This document shows positions 24,801 through 37,272 of a stretch of DNA of 64,000 bases, piece by piece. The stretch is from assembly GCA_015680685.1 (NCBI GenBank), contig MNCI01003262.1, positions 32,020-96,019 of the forward strand. Direction: 5' to 3'. The stretch comes from Gnetum montanum (lineage: Eukaryota > Plantae > Gnetophyta). Within the stretch, counting starts at the first letter, position 1. Each line of letters begins with the position of its first letter. The position numbers and the translations under genes are program-made. The notes under the pieces were generated by a model. The model worked only from the letters and a program-made list of their open reading frames with translations, ran no database searches and was not told the origin of the DNA.

Positions 24801-27800
24801 GGAGATAAATTGAGGAAAGTCTTCAATTTATTTTGTTAACGTCAATCCTAGGATGGGGAGTCATATCTCGTAGGTTTTGTGGATTTTCTCGGGTATCCCG
24901 CAGGGTTCATATAAGGGTATCTCTTTGTTTGAGTGGGGGAGGAAACAAACGTGGTATAAACTTATCCAGAAAATGGAGGCTTGGGTGGGGCACTGGATCA
25001 ATTGATTCCTTATGAGGAAAGGCAGAATTATGCTGGCCTTGGGGGTTCTTTCTACTATCGTGAGATTTGTGGCTTTAGTGGTTGTCCTTCCACAAGCTAT
25101 TGTTTAGTAGCTTAATCAATTAATACGTAATTTTGTGTGGTTTGGGAGGAGAGGGGGTAGCTGGATGCATTTAATCAGTTGGGGAACCATTGCCTGGCCT
25201 TAGGAAGTAGGGGGATTAGGAATTTTTAAATTTGAAGACAAACTTATGATGGGGTGCTAACATTTATTTATACGAATTCTTCAAAATTAGGCGGGGGCCG
25301 CTCAATGGATTAGGATAATGACAAGTATTGGTGTTGGGATGTGGGGCCCCATGACTTGATGATATGGAAGACACTTTGCAAACATGCATGGTTCACGTTG
25401 GCGCGGGGTTTGATGGGGGAGCGTCTACGGTGGGTTATTTGGGAACCCTTTGGTGGATGGTTGGAAGAACATTTGGTGGGGCCAACTATTGGAGAAAATT
25501 AATGTCTTCATTTGGCTAATCGAGCATAGTGCACTTCCTGTTCATGTGTTGTTAAGATGACAGGGGCTACACATTAATGATGAGTGCCCATTATGCTCTG
25601 GTCGCCCTGAGATGGTGCTACATTTTGTTTTCAGTGCCCATACATGTGGGACATTTGGCAAGATGTGGGTTTGCATGGTTGTGCCAAGTTAATGGGGGAT
25701 TCCAAAGCGATGCTTATTGTTATGGGAGATCTGGAAGATACGCAATCATGCTATCTTCTGACTATAGCATGTTCTGCTACTTGCGCAAGTCCTGCTTAAC
25801 GCAACTTGTGCGTGGCAGGAAGTGAATGCCACAATGGGAGTAACAGCTGCATACGAGCTAGCTTGTGTGACATATCATGCGAATTAGGAGTTTTGGAGTC
25901 TTGTGGAGTGGATTGGGTGGGATGAGATCCTGCCTCGACTGGAAGGGGACTTGGCGTTGGCTAACGATTTCTTTTTTACGAACTAGAGTGGGGATGCCAT
26001 AGTTTTTCGTGGGACTAGAATTGTGTTGATTGAGGTGGCGTTGGCCCTATACCTAGGGATCTTGGCGAATGGGGAAATGGTGTTGTCGATGGTGTGTGGG
26101 TTACATGACATAGAAATGTTCTTCACTGCCGTTGTGCCACATTCCAGTAGTGGTCAAGTGCCAAAATCGGCGTTGCCACTGATCTAGAGATAGGCGGCTG
26201 AGTTGGTGGACAAGTTTTTTGTCCACTTTGGAAATGCTTCTAAACTCTAGAGTGCACATTTTGCACTCTTAAGTGCATGCGTCTTGAACGTCAGGTCAAT
26301 CTCCCTAAATTTTTTTTGGAGGCGTTGGGCAAATAGCGCAGAGGTTGACATTTAGGGTTAATCCTTGTGCTTTGGTGGGCTACGTCATTGGGATGGTCAT
26401 AGGGGCAGCCGCTTGGGCTTATGTCGCCATGTGCTATGGTTCACTCTTGTTGGTCAACGCTGTGGAGGAGACAAGGGTTTCATGTGCTTGATATGGTGGT
26501 AAAGGTTGTTGAGGACCCTAAGGGTTCCGACTTGCTGGTAGGGCAGGATACCTTGGCTATGTCGTTGTGTATGGCAGAGGAGGCGACGGAGAAGGCTAGG
26601 TTTGAGGAGCATAAGATTTGGGAGGCCAAGTGGGGTGCTTGGGAAGTGGTGTTCCAGTAGGTGCAGGCTCAAATGGTGGCCCATTTTAGAGAGAGAGAAA
26701 AGGAGCTGTTGAGGCAATAGGCACTTTGTGAAGAGATCTCCCGAGTGGTGTTGATTGATGAGTTGAGGCCTTAGATCAGTGAGGAGTTGCAACAAGAGGA
26801 GTGACAAGATTATGAGAGGCTACAATAGGTGGTCTAGGAGCAGGAGTGCGAGGAAGCAGCACAGTTGCACCGATAGGTGGACAAAGTTCATGTTTAGAAT
26901 GCCCATATGTGGCTTATGACAAGGTGCTACCCTTATTTGGCACTAGATATTCACCAAGATACTATGTGGTTGGCCCTTTGTTGGCACATCTGTAGAACGT
27001 CTTTTTGGCTCCATCTTGATGGGAGAGGGTCTGTTGATGATTGTGCTAAGAAGGAAGTTGCTTTCAAGGACTTTTAGGAGGTGATGGTCTTTGTTGATTA
27101 TGAGTACCATCGAGAGGTGTTCAATGATCTTCATAATTAGGAAATTCTTGATTGTTCTTGTCAAAATCTGTCTAAGCATCTATAGTGAGCCTAGCCACTG
27201 GAGGTCCAGGGACCCACAGTTTTAGCTTTTTTAGTTAGTTTGTCTTGTCTCTTGATCTTTAGTTTGGGGGGAGGGGGTGGTCCATAAAACCCTAAATTTT
27301 GAGGGCTTGGTTGCTAGGAGGAGAGATTGTCTATGAATGTCTTTTGTGGGGGTAGGGAGCTAGATTGTGTTTTGGGGCTTTTGAGGAGGGGGGTAGTTAC
27401 CCCCTTTTCTCTGGGGGAGGGCCCGTCCCTCCTCCACCATGGTGTAAATCATCTTGATTGTACAGTTTTTCTCTTTTTGTAATATAATTCTGAACATTCT
27501 CTCTCTCAAAAAGAAAAAGAAAAAGAAAAAGAAAAAGAAAAAAAGACTTCCTTTGAAAATTTAGCTCTTGTTCTACAAGAGAGACCATGAACATATGTGA
27601 CAAATTGATAAAGGCCTTCTATTTCTAAGAGCATCATATCTGCATCAAGAAGCAACCAATCATATTGTATATGCCTTTTCACTTGAAATTCTTCTATCAA
27701 AAAAATGTTTCTAAACTTATTCTATTTTTTTTTTCCAATATTTGTTAGCAAGTCTAGGATTCACACTACACACCCATACAAAAGAGTTGGTTACACAATA

Positions 27801-30800
27801 AAGCAAAACAATTGTTTTTTAATTTGCCGAGCTAAGATAGCTTCCTTTTGATTTTTCTTTTTAAATCAAACAAAGCTTTTAATTTGCATGTAATCCTCTA
27901 TTTAATGCACACCTCCTACTTGTAATTTTGGGAAAGATCTAGACCAAGGTAGCTATAAGTTGGTATTACATTCACCTAATCCTTTTCAATAGCAAAAAAG
28001 GAATTATTATTCCTAGTGTCGTACACCATAATTTTGGTTTTTGACATATTAACTTTCATACCTGATTTTGTTCAAAGGAATAAGCATTTGTTGCAACCCT
28101 TCGTTAGAATTGAAGATGAGCATACAACAAAAGGTTGATAGAATGATCATTAATTTTAATAGAGTATTTAATTTTAAAAGAGTATCTACCTAGAATTTTA
28201 TGCATCCACTTCTTGAGTTCATCAATAAAAATATAAAAAAGTGTAGGCAAAAGAGGGCAACCTTGTTTCATCCCAATATCACTATGTAATAAAACAATTT
28301 CATGAGAGGTGATATGTGATATGTATATATACCTCTTGGTAAAACCTTTAAATAGCAGATAACAAAGATGGAGGAGTGACTATGTCTTGTAATTGTTTCC
28401 ACAACTTGTTTTGAATAACTTAATCATATGCTTCAAAGAAATCTATGAAGCAAACAAAAGTTATTTTATTTTTCCCTTTTATACAATCAATATGATATTT
28501 CAATCTGATTAGGTAATTAATAGTAAAATGGTGATGTCTAAAACCATTTTGTTAAATTACTTGTAAATTGTTTTCTTCTGTCTATCTACCCATCTTTATC
28601 TTAAGAATATTTTCCAAAACCATGGCAAAAATATTACCAATTACAATCGGTCTGTAGTTTTTTAAATTGTATCAATTGCCTTTTTTAAAAAGCAAAATAG
28701 CTTTGTTAATGCACCCTTCTTTATCTAAACCAGTTTGGAGAGCATGGTTTAAGTATTTCCATACTGTCTTCCATACTAAAGATCTTTCTCAAGTAGGTAT
28801 TTCTCCATATAGTCCTACTACATCAGCTGCTTTACTTGAGGTTAGTCTTTTGATGCCTTGCATAGTGTCTTCAAAGGAGATGAAAAGATTGTCATTGTTT
28901 TTTCTATGTTTTACTAGCTCTCCCTTGCCCTAAAACAATTTTTGATAAAACTACTGGATATTAGAAAAGGGAAATTTTGGTTCCATTCTTTCTCTTTTAT
29001 GAAGCAACTTTCAGAAATTTCTTGTTTCTTTCTCGATCATGTGAAGAAGAGTAGTTTGTCTCTCTTTAATGAATTGCCTCTTTTTGTTGCAAATCAAATT
29101 CTTATAAAGCATGGTAGTTGGATATTTCTACGTTTTTAATTTAATTCAAGCTGTCACACATTCAAAATCAAACCAAGGTTGACACTATGTTGTTGCTTTT
29201 CTGGATTTTTTGTGTTATTGCCATTAAAAGTTTTGCAAGTTTTACATAAGGATTCCAATGTTTTTGGGCTTATTGAAAATATAACTTGACTTTGTTTGTT
29301 ATCCTACAAGAAATTGGATTTCTTTGTTGTGTAACATGTTGTAAATTTATCAAAAGGCTAAAATAAAGTGCGCAGTAGTTAGATTCAATCATGTCATCGC
29401 ATAGCTCAAAGTGTTTAATACATGTTAAAACCTCTATATTGGTGAACAAAAGATCTATACATGAGAAACCTTGTGGTTTTGTGAATGTGTAGCAACTAGA
29501 ATTGGAAAAATTATTAAACCTATTAAGCATTACCAAAATTAAACCTTGACCCCAATCCAACAAATGCTTGTCTTTATGGTTGACTTGTGTGTCTTGAGAA
29601 AACCTTTTTTACTTTGCATTATTCTCATAGTGTAAATAGCCTTGCTGATTCCAAAGGCTTATTGGGATTTGTTTAAGTCTAATCTTAGCATTAAAATCCC
29701 TACAAATGCAAAATTTTCCCCTCTAAGCAGAAGCAGCAATATCCATCACAAAAAATTGAAAAGGAAAGCCCCTTGAGAGGTTTTCTTAATCATAAAAAAG
29801 GGGCTTCTCAAGGAGCAAATAAACAAAAAGCTAAGAAGAATTTAACCTTTTCATGAACAACTTCAATACATACACATTGCTTATATTTGTCTACTTTTTC
29901 AATTGTTATATGATGTTGCATGGTATTGCGAATCAACACAACCAAGCCACCAAAAGGTCTTTCATGTTCACCCTTTGTAAGGAAAGGAAAAACTTTAAAA
30001 ACCTAGACATAAAAGATCATTAGAGTTGTCCCCATGTCATGTTTCAGTAATCCTAGAAATATCAAAATTATTGAAGAAAGAAATAGTGTTTAAACTACAA
30101 TAAAAGCAAGATGGCTCAACAATATAAGAGAAATTGTATTAATAATATGGTTAATAAATAAGGTAACAAATGGAAAGATGAAGCTAATATTGTTGAAGAT
30201 GATATGACATCAATGATTAAAGGCATTACGAATTAAGATATTGGTAAAGTCGAACATCAGACTTGGTACATACATAAACTTTGGTTGTTCAAGACATGTA
30301 TTTAGAAATCGTATCATATACGAGAATCTTTGTACATTCTAATTATCAGATATAGAAGGTCTTGGTTGTTCTTTGTTAACAACATGCACAAGTATCCATC
30401 ATTGCAGTTTGACTTCTGCCTAGTCTCCTCTACTTGATGTGCTTGGTGCTTGACCTTTCTTCTTAATCTACTTATGCAGAGTTTTTCATTCCACTACATG
30501 GTGGCCCTTTTTGCTGCATCTTTTATAGGTCATGTTTTTCTTCTTCTTCTTCTTATCAAAACTTTGCTTTTCTACTTGACTCATTCCTTTAGCCAATCTA
30601 GGTTTGCTTTTGCTTATCCTTGCACTTCAAATCTCACTGCTTGCTACTACCACTATAGTTTCCCTCATCATATGAATGACTTGTTAGAATGCTTCTTCAA
30701 GTGTGTGCATTATATTGTTTGTTAGGATAGATTAGACCATCTGTGATGTTTGCAAAGTCTTATCTTTTACCTCACATTTGTTGATAATGTCATGACCTAA

Positions 30801-33800
30801 TCGTAAGTAGGAACTACTTGAACATAGACTTTCAATGAGAAAGGATGAAGCAATACAATGCTGCATTTAGTCTATGTCAAGAATTTCTTTGATTTCTTGA
30901 AGCGCAATAATGATTTTTAAACTTTCACTTCTTTCCATACGAAGTCTTGTTTAGAAGGTAAATGAAGTCCATATCAAACTTTTGCTAAAAGCTCTAATAA
31001 AGGTATCCACTATGTCTCGTACGGTATTACAACTCTACATCATTTTCTAATGATATTCAATTGTTACTAGAAGAATCAAAAAGAAACCAGCTTGTCCACA
31101 ACTTCCCACTTTTCCACTTTCTTTTAGTTGGATCCATTTGCCAATGTGGATGCATTGTGGTTGTCTTCTTGAAAATGGCTTTAAACATTTAATGTGTTTT
31201 GGCTGCTACAATGAACTGATTGTGCCATTTTCCTCCATTTGACTTTCCTTCTAGGACTATTCTGATGTCGTTCTTGAAGTTGATTAACATGGTGTGTAAT
31301 TTTGTCCCTTGTATAAAATCAAAAGTGAAAAAGAGTAATGTACTCTCAAATACACATCCTTATCAAAAGTAAGAAGGGAAAACCAATGTAGTCCGCTCTT
31401 ACCACTGAGACTTCTACTCATAGTGTTTTCATTACCTTGGATACCTCAAATCCATTGAAGTCCACCTTTTTAGGTTTTTGAAGTTGGTGGCCATAATTGA
31501 AAAAGCTATCCTTTGGGTAGGAAAAGCAGTATGGGGTCTATAATGCTTCAATTGCATCCTTGGTGGTTGTCATAACCTACATAGACACCAAGAAGCAATT
31601 GTTAATGTGTTGGATGGTTTTTGTTGCAAAACAAGCTTTAGTTCCTATGTTGTCTATGCTACTTTTGGCCATGAGTATGCACTTGTAATCCATGTACGTA
31701 CTACTTCTTGTTGTGGATCTATGATTGTGCATGTGCAATCCTTATGTATGCAACCTGTGTAGTGTAGATTTGTGTGCACATTGCCTACGTGGTGCAGATT
31801 TGTGTACACATTGTCTATGTTATGCAAATTTGTGTGGACACTGCTTGTGTGTCTTCACCCGTAGCTATGTACCTACCTTTCCATGTTGTTGCATGCCTAA
31901 ATTCCTGCGTTGCCTTTGGGCATTGTTGTGCACCTTTGATCCTCATGGTGAATCTAGAGTCCTCTATTGCCTAGCAGTTCCTTGCTCATTTTTGCAAATA
32001 GACAAATACCTCCCTTTGAACATTTTGTCTACACATATCTCATTGTACTATCTACGCATCTCTTCATGCACTTCAAGCTTCAATTACAGGTAACCTACAT
32101 TGATACCATACGCATCTCTTCATGCACTTCAAGCTTCAATTACAGGTAACCTACATTGATACCATGCTAGCCTTGAGAAGTGAATGCTTCAAGCTATCAC
32201 AAGAAAAACAAGAAAGAAGTATGTGTATTTAGCATGTAATAGAAATACCTCAAAAGAAATGCATTCAATTAAATCATCCAGTACATTGTACATTATAAAC
32301 ATGTAGAGAGGAAGTGCCTCTTTATACAATGTGTTAGGATTAGGGTTTGTATTGTAATTGCAAAGTGAATACAATCTTGAATAGTCAAATTGGATGTCTG
32401 AGATTTGGGTGTTAATGCTTACTTGGCTCTTAGTGGAAATGAATGGCAGAAAAGAATTCATATAGCCAACTCTATGTAGTTCCGATAAGGCTAGGATGAT
32501 GATGATGATGAAAGTGGACCCATTCTCTAGAACTGCCAAACTGAAACTGAAGCTTTATTGTGTCTAAAAACCGACAGGATCTGTTGGTTAGATATTACAT
32601 TTTCATAAAAAATAAAGACAGACTCTGCAAATTGACCAAGCACCAATGGGGGCAACAGAAACAAATTATAAAAGTTTTTTTGCTGTAACATTATAATGCA
32701 GTCTATAAGTAGTTATAGCACAAAAAAGGAACTTGGGCAACTCATCCTAGCCTTATCCCAACAAAATGGAGTCAGCTTTAAAATGCCAAACATAGTGATG
32801 CACTTCATATAGACCGACACATTTTTGTACTTTTTTTCTTTGATTTCTTTTGGAAACAATGTTGTAATCTTTCCTTTTGTTTCTTATATGGATTAGGAAC
32901 ATAACAAGTTTGGTAGTTTCTTATAGAGTAGATGGTGGTACAGCTAGAACATTCCGTTCTTAATAATTCAAATGAACGAGCCATATTTGCTCCTGATGGC
33001 TTGTAACATAACTCATTGGTTATAAATGGGGTTCATGATGTTTCATGATTAGAAAGCTTTCACTGTGAGTGATGTACAATTACTTAGACGTTTTACATGG
33101 TTTGCATGTGTATGAATGATGCTGATTTCACGGAGTGACGTGGGAATGCATGCAGAGCGTGATTTGACAAAAAAATTAAGAAAATATATTGTCTAAACAT
33201 AGTTTTTATCATCTATTTAAATTAAGAAAAAGCTAAAACTAATTTTTGAGATTGCTACAATAAATTAGCAAGTTGATAAGAGAACATTTGAACAATGATT
33301 TAAAATTTCAACTGAATGTCAAGCATTTATGATTGGGGCCATGACAGTAGTTGTCTGGTGTGTAGGCGCACAAGAGTTTTTGTAGGAGTGAACTCTTGCG
33401 TAATATTGTTTGTTTTCTCGATAAGCTGTTTCCTTAATTGATTCTCGTATTTGATGTACTTGAAAGTAAAGGCATCATTGTTAATCGTTCCATGTTTTCA
33501 TGCTTGTGTGATGTTTCCTTTTGGTACCCAGCAAATTTTGTATGCATAAATACAAACTTCCTTTTTGGCATTTACTGGTTTATATTAAGTTTATAATCTC
33601 TTGTTAACTATGATTTGTAAACAGGTTTCTCTATCCTATATATCCTCTCATCTGTCTAGCAGCAGCAGCAGTGATAGAGAGGATTCCTGATCTAATAAGA
33701 AGGCTTCACATTGTTGAGGCAGGCTCAGTAGGTTTCATGGTATTATTATTATTATTTGCGTGTACACGAGCAAGTCTTTAAAAAAACATATGTTTTTATA

Positions 33801-34917
33801 CATTATATACTAATTCATTCTCTAGAACATGGAATCCATGGTACTTAATACGATCTTGATGTTAAGAATCTCGAATCCACAGGGTGTAAAGCTGTTTCGG
33901 CCTCTTTTTCTTGGACTTATATTAGTTCTTTCTCACAGTAGAACCACTGCATTGTTGAGAGGATATTCCGCCCCTATGACAGTTTATAAAACCCTGGCAG
34001 AGTTAAAAGACGTTAAAAATGGTAAAGACCCTTTCAGAAGCTTTTCCAATATTTGTTTCCTTATTAATATTTTATTAGATCTTTTTACGGAAAGTGCATA
34101 GGACTGCTTAAGCTTGGTATCGAAATGCCCAAGTTCTGTATGGGCAATAGCTCTCATGCTTTTATCTTAAATATTTACAAGGTTCAGTGCTTTGTGTGGG
34201 GAATGAATGGCATCGTTATCCTTCATCTTTCTTCCTACCTGCAAATATATCTGAGGTTCAATGGGTTGATCAGGGATTCAGAGGGCTTCTTCCATTGCCT
34301 TTCAATGCATCTCTCGGTGGCACTGCTTCTTCTCCGTCATATTTTAACGATATGAACAAGGCATCAAATAAACAATTTGTAACGTTCTTTCCACTAAAAA
34401 TTTATCGGTTTTAAAATAAATGATTTTCAAATCCATTGGTAGTTCTTTTTAATTGACTTGTAAAAGCGTTAACATGATTTTTATATAAATAAAATTCAAA
34501 TGCAACATGTGAACTAATTTCTTCTTTGATCCACATGTTTTCTTTAGCTGACAGATTTTGGAACTTGCAATGTGTTTGTTGAGCTTGATTTAGAGAAGGC
34601 TTCCGTTTCCCTTGCATCTGATTCATCAACATGGGAGGTAATAGTTAATTAAAAGGGCACCTTTTTTAAGTTTTGAAAGAGCAACATGGTTAATTATTAT
34701 ATGATAGAAATTTTTTTCTTATAAAAATCAAGGACTGTCGAGCTGAAATGTTTGATAACATGGCATTTAAATGCAGACGGTTGTGGATTTGCCTTTTCTT
34801 GATAAGCAGCAGTCTCCTGCGTTATATCGTGGGTTCATGATTCCTGGTTCCTGGACAAATAGGAATACCTTTGGCAGATACAGATTGCTTAGGAGGAAGC
34901 TACCGGTGTTCCAATAA
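21820..34917 (+). CDS. ALG9: Dol-P-Man-dependent alpha-1,2-mannosyltransferase (GT22 family), 10 exons, about 583 aa
   Basis: Exons 21820-22118, 22265-22355, 22448-22607, 22750-22970, 23057-23355, 33625-33739 (alternative donor after 33727), 33883-34021, 34182-34378, 34548-34637, 34777-34917. All introns are GT-AG and phase-consistent; total 1752 nt. Motifs IHDCDEVFNYWEPLHY, FQTWEYS..FALRSY, GWPF, HKEERFLYPIYP, LCVGNEWHRYPSSFF, FRGLLP. Confidence 0.96.
23523..24073 (+). mobile_element. 5'-truncated RTE-clade LINE in ALG9 intron 5
   Basis: MQILRWMLDVTRKDKI..EKVKESCLRWVGHVLRR, then 3' motif TGGGATAAGGCT and a (GAT)n tail. 17-bp TSD ATGCTATTTATTAAGTT at 23506-23522 and 24074-24090. Confidence 0.9.
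24700..27544 (+). mobile_element. 5'-truncated L1-type LINE with full ORF2 C-terminal extension (copy B) in ALG9 intron 5
   Basis: Begins at the RT YADD motif, then zf-RVT and LWEIWKIRNHAIF. The extension runs to a stop at 27185. 3' end TTGTAC...TAATATAATTCTGAACATT followed by a (GAAAAA)n tail. Confidence 0.9.
27780..32165 (-). mobile_element. Degenerate non-L1 LINE (RTEX/CR1-like endonuclease and RT, upstream ORF with CCHC knuckle) in ALG9 intron 5
   Basis: Endonuclease RFSQDTQVN..HLLDW..VMLNRF..YTF..GFSCIDL (about 29270-29610); RT region with GMKQGCPL at about 28250-28275; knuckle YKRCSKKGHHVVE at about 30490-30530. Boundaries are approximate. Confidence 0.7.
32053..32164. repeat. Perfect 56-bp tandem duplication
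   Basis: TACGCATCTCTTCATGCACTTCAAGCTTCAATTACAGGTAACCTACATTGATACCA occurs twice (32053-32108, 32109-32164). Confidence 0.9.
32200..32511 (+). mobile_element. Short RTE LINE 3' fragment
   Basis: Ends GAATTCATATAGCCAAC..GATAAGGCTAGGATGATGATGATG, the same terminus as the 23523-24073 element. A further terminus in the opposite orientation lies at 32741-32777. Confidence 0.7.
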
Positions 34918-35399
34918 ATTTAGATCAAGAATCAGAGAGTTATAATTCATTGCAAACGTTCAAGCAATCATTTGAAGAGTGACAAATTTTGTTTATTTAC
35001 TTTGACCCAAATCTGTACCATATGATCCTTGAACAATTGGGGCACCAGGCAGGGCATCCAGCATCATATTCTTTGACTTTTTTGACTAAAGTCAAAGGAG
35101 ATGAGAGGGGGTTTAGACAGCTCTGCAGCTTCGTATATTCTTTGCATAGTCAAACTCGAATATAATCAGCTACTGTATGTAGATATTTCTCTGTATGAAT
35201 TTAAGATTGCTTGTTTTAGCATGGCTAATGACAAAGCTCCTGTTTTTGATGATTTTCTTAATCAATTTTTAAAATGTCACGGGGAGTTGGTTGGTACTAA
35301 TCTTTATTATGTCATTATGAAAGGCCTTTCAAAGGGTAGTTTGCGAAGTTATCTAAATAAGACTTATTTGAAAATAAGGAGGCTTCTCATATATTACCA

Positions 35400-36500
35400 A
35401 TTGGTGACCTATTGCTCTGAACACTATTTATAAAATTTTATCCTAGTGTTTGGTTAAGCACTTACAAGTTATTCTTTCAAATATTGTTTGTCTGAAATAA
35501 ATTGGATATATTTTTGATAATATTGTTGCTTTAGAATTTATGTAATTTTGGCTTGAGAGGCCAACTACGAGCTAGGCTTCATTATGGAAAATAAACAATT
35601 ATTGTCATAATGCATGCTAGAGCAATAGATGAACTGGTTTTGATTTTTTTAAAAAATATAAAAATCAAATCTCAATTAATCAATTTTGAGATTTTTTTAA
35701 TTTGAAAAAGAAAAAGATTCTTTAGGCTGATAGATATATATCAAAATATATAGTTAAACTAGTGGGTAGAAGATATCAATAAGTATGTTGTTTTTATTAA
35801 AATTTACTATGCCAAAGCCTATGATAAAATTGAGTGGGGATTTATCCATGTTTGGCTCCTTAAACTTGTTTTTGGTTGTAAATTTATAAACATGATTCAT
35901 TGTCTTTTTTCTAATGTTAATGCTTGTATTTCAACATTAGTAGGTATGAGTGATTTATTTTTTATTAATAAATATGTCAAGCAAGGTTACCCTATATGAC
36001 TCATTTTCTATTAACAAATTTGTCAACCAAGGTTGCTCTTTAGCTTCTTATTTGTTTATACTTGCTACTAATTTTCTTTGTCTAGTCCTTCATTATGACA
36101 AACAAAATGGTTTGATTAATGACATTATTATTTATAGGCATTAGAAATAGCTCCTAAATATGTACTTTGTTGATGATTTTTTTTATGGTAAAGAATGAAC
36201 AATTTTTTCTTATACATTTATTTAATGGAATTGATGAATAATGTATGTTCTTTGGGTCAAAAATAGATTGGTGAAAGTTTTCTTTTTTTAGCAACCAAGA
36301 TGACATTTTATTTTTTAAAAATGATATTTTAAGGTGTTGGCCATTTTTTTTGTTGTTTTTTGAAAGGTACTTAAAGTCTTTAGTTTTTTACTTTGCAAAA
36401 AGGTAAAAAATAAAATTAGCAAGTGAAAAAAAGGCTTTATTCATAACCATTACTATGTCAAAAAAGGTATAAAGACTTCTTAACATAAAGTCTCTTATAA
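35400..36500 (+). mobile_element. Highly decayed LINE RT remnant (intergenic)
   Basis: YAKAYDKIEWGFI at about 35808-35846 and VNQGCSLASYLFIL at about 36022-36063. Confidence 0.6.
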
Positions 36501-37272
36501 GGCACCTATATTCATAACTAGGATTTATGTCTTGCTTTTGTTTTAACATAAGGTTTGATTGTCCTTGAACAAATTTGAAAAGCTTAGCAACATAGTAACT
36601 TTTGTTACATCAACATAATCATAATTCCCTTCAATATTATGGATGATATCTCTAATTAGTAGTTGGAACCTCAAAATAATTGCAATGTAAATACTGTAAA
36701 ATATGTACTTAGTAAGGATTACTAGAATAAAACCTAACCTTTCAAATAAAAAATCTTACTACTAAATTAATAAATCAAAGTCTTACGGCTAACTTCAAAA
36801 AATTTACCGTATGGGCTGTATTGCCTGTATTACAGGCTTTGATATCTACCGTTTAAAGATTCTGAAATCCAGGCTGAAGTGCCATTCATCCTTTCTGTAC
36901 CCTTTCTATTAGTCCGCTTGCAAATTAACGATTGTGGATTCACTTTTCGGTTATTAAATCGATACTTGAAATGACTTGGTGTGCACTACAAAGCGGGAAC
37001 GAACAGCTTCACTTAAAAACTGGCATCGCAGCCGTGGCGTTGTGTATGTATAACTGCGTTGCTATTGCATATAGCAAAGGAGTTGTTCACGTTGCTATTC
37101 TGGAAGTGAGCAAAAATTCGCTTTCAGTTTTCTATCATCATCCTGGTAACAATTGTTAAAGAAAATGCCTGTACAGTTACTAATCAATTTATGTATTTTT
37201 CGTATATTCAACACAATTCTGAATATCTTGCCCAGAGGGTGCTGCAGTTTATACTTTATAAGAAGCTGAACT

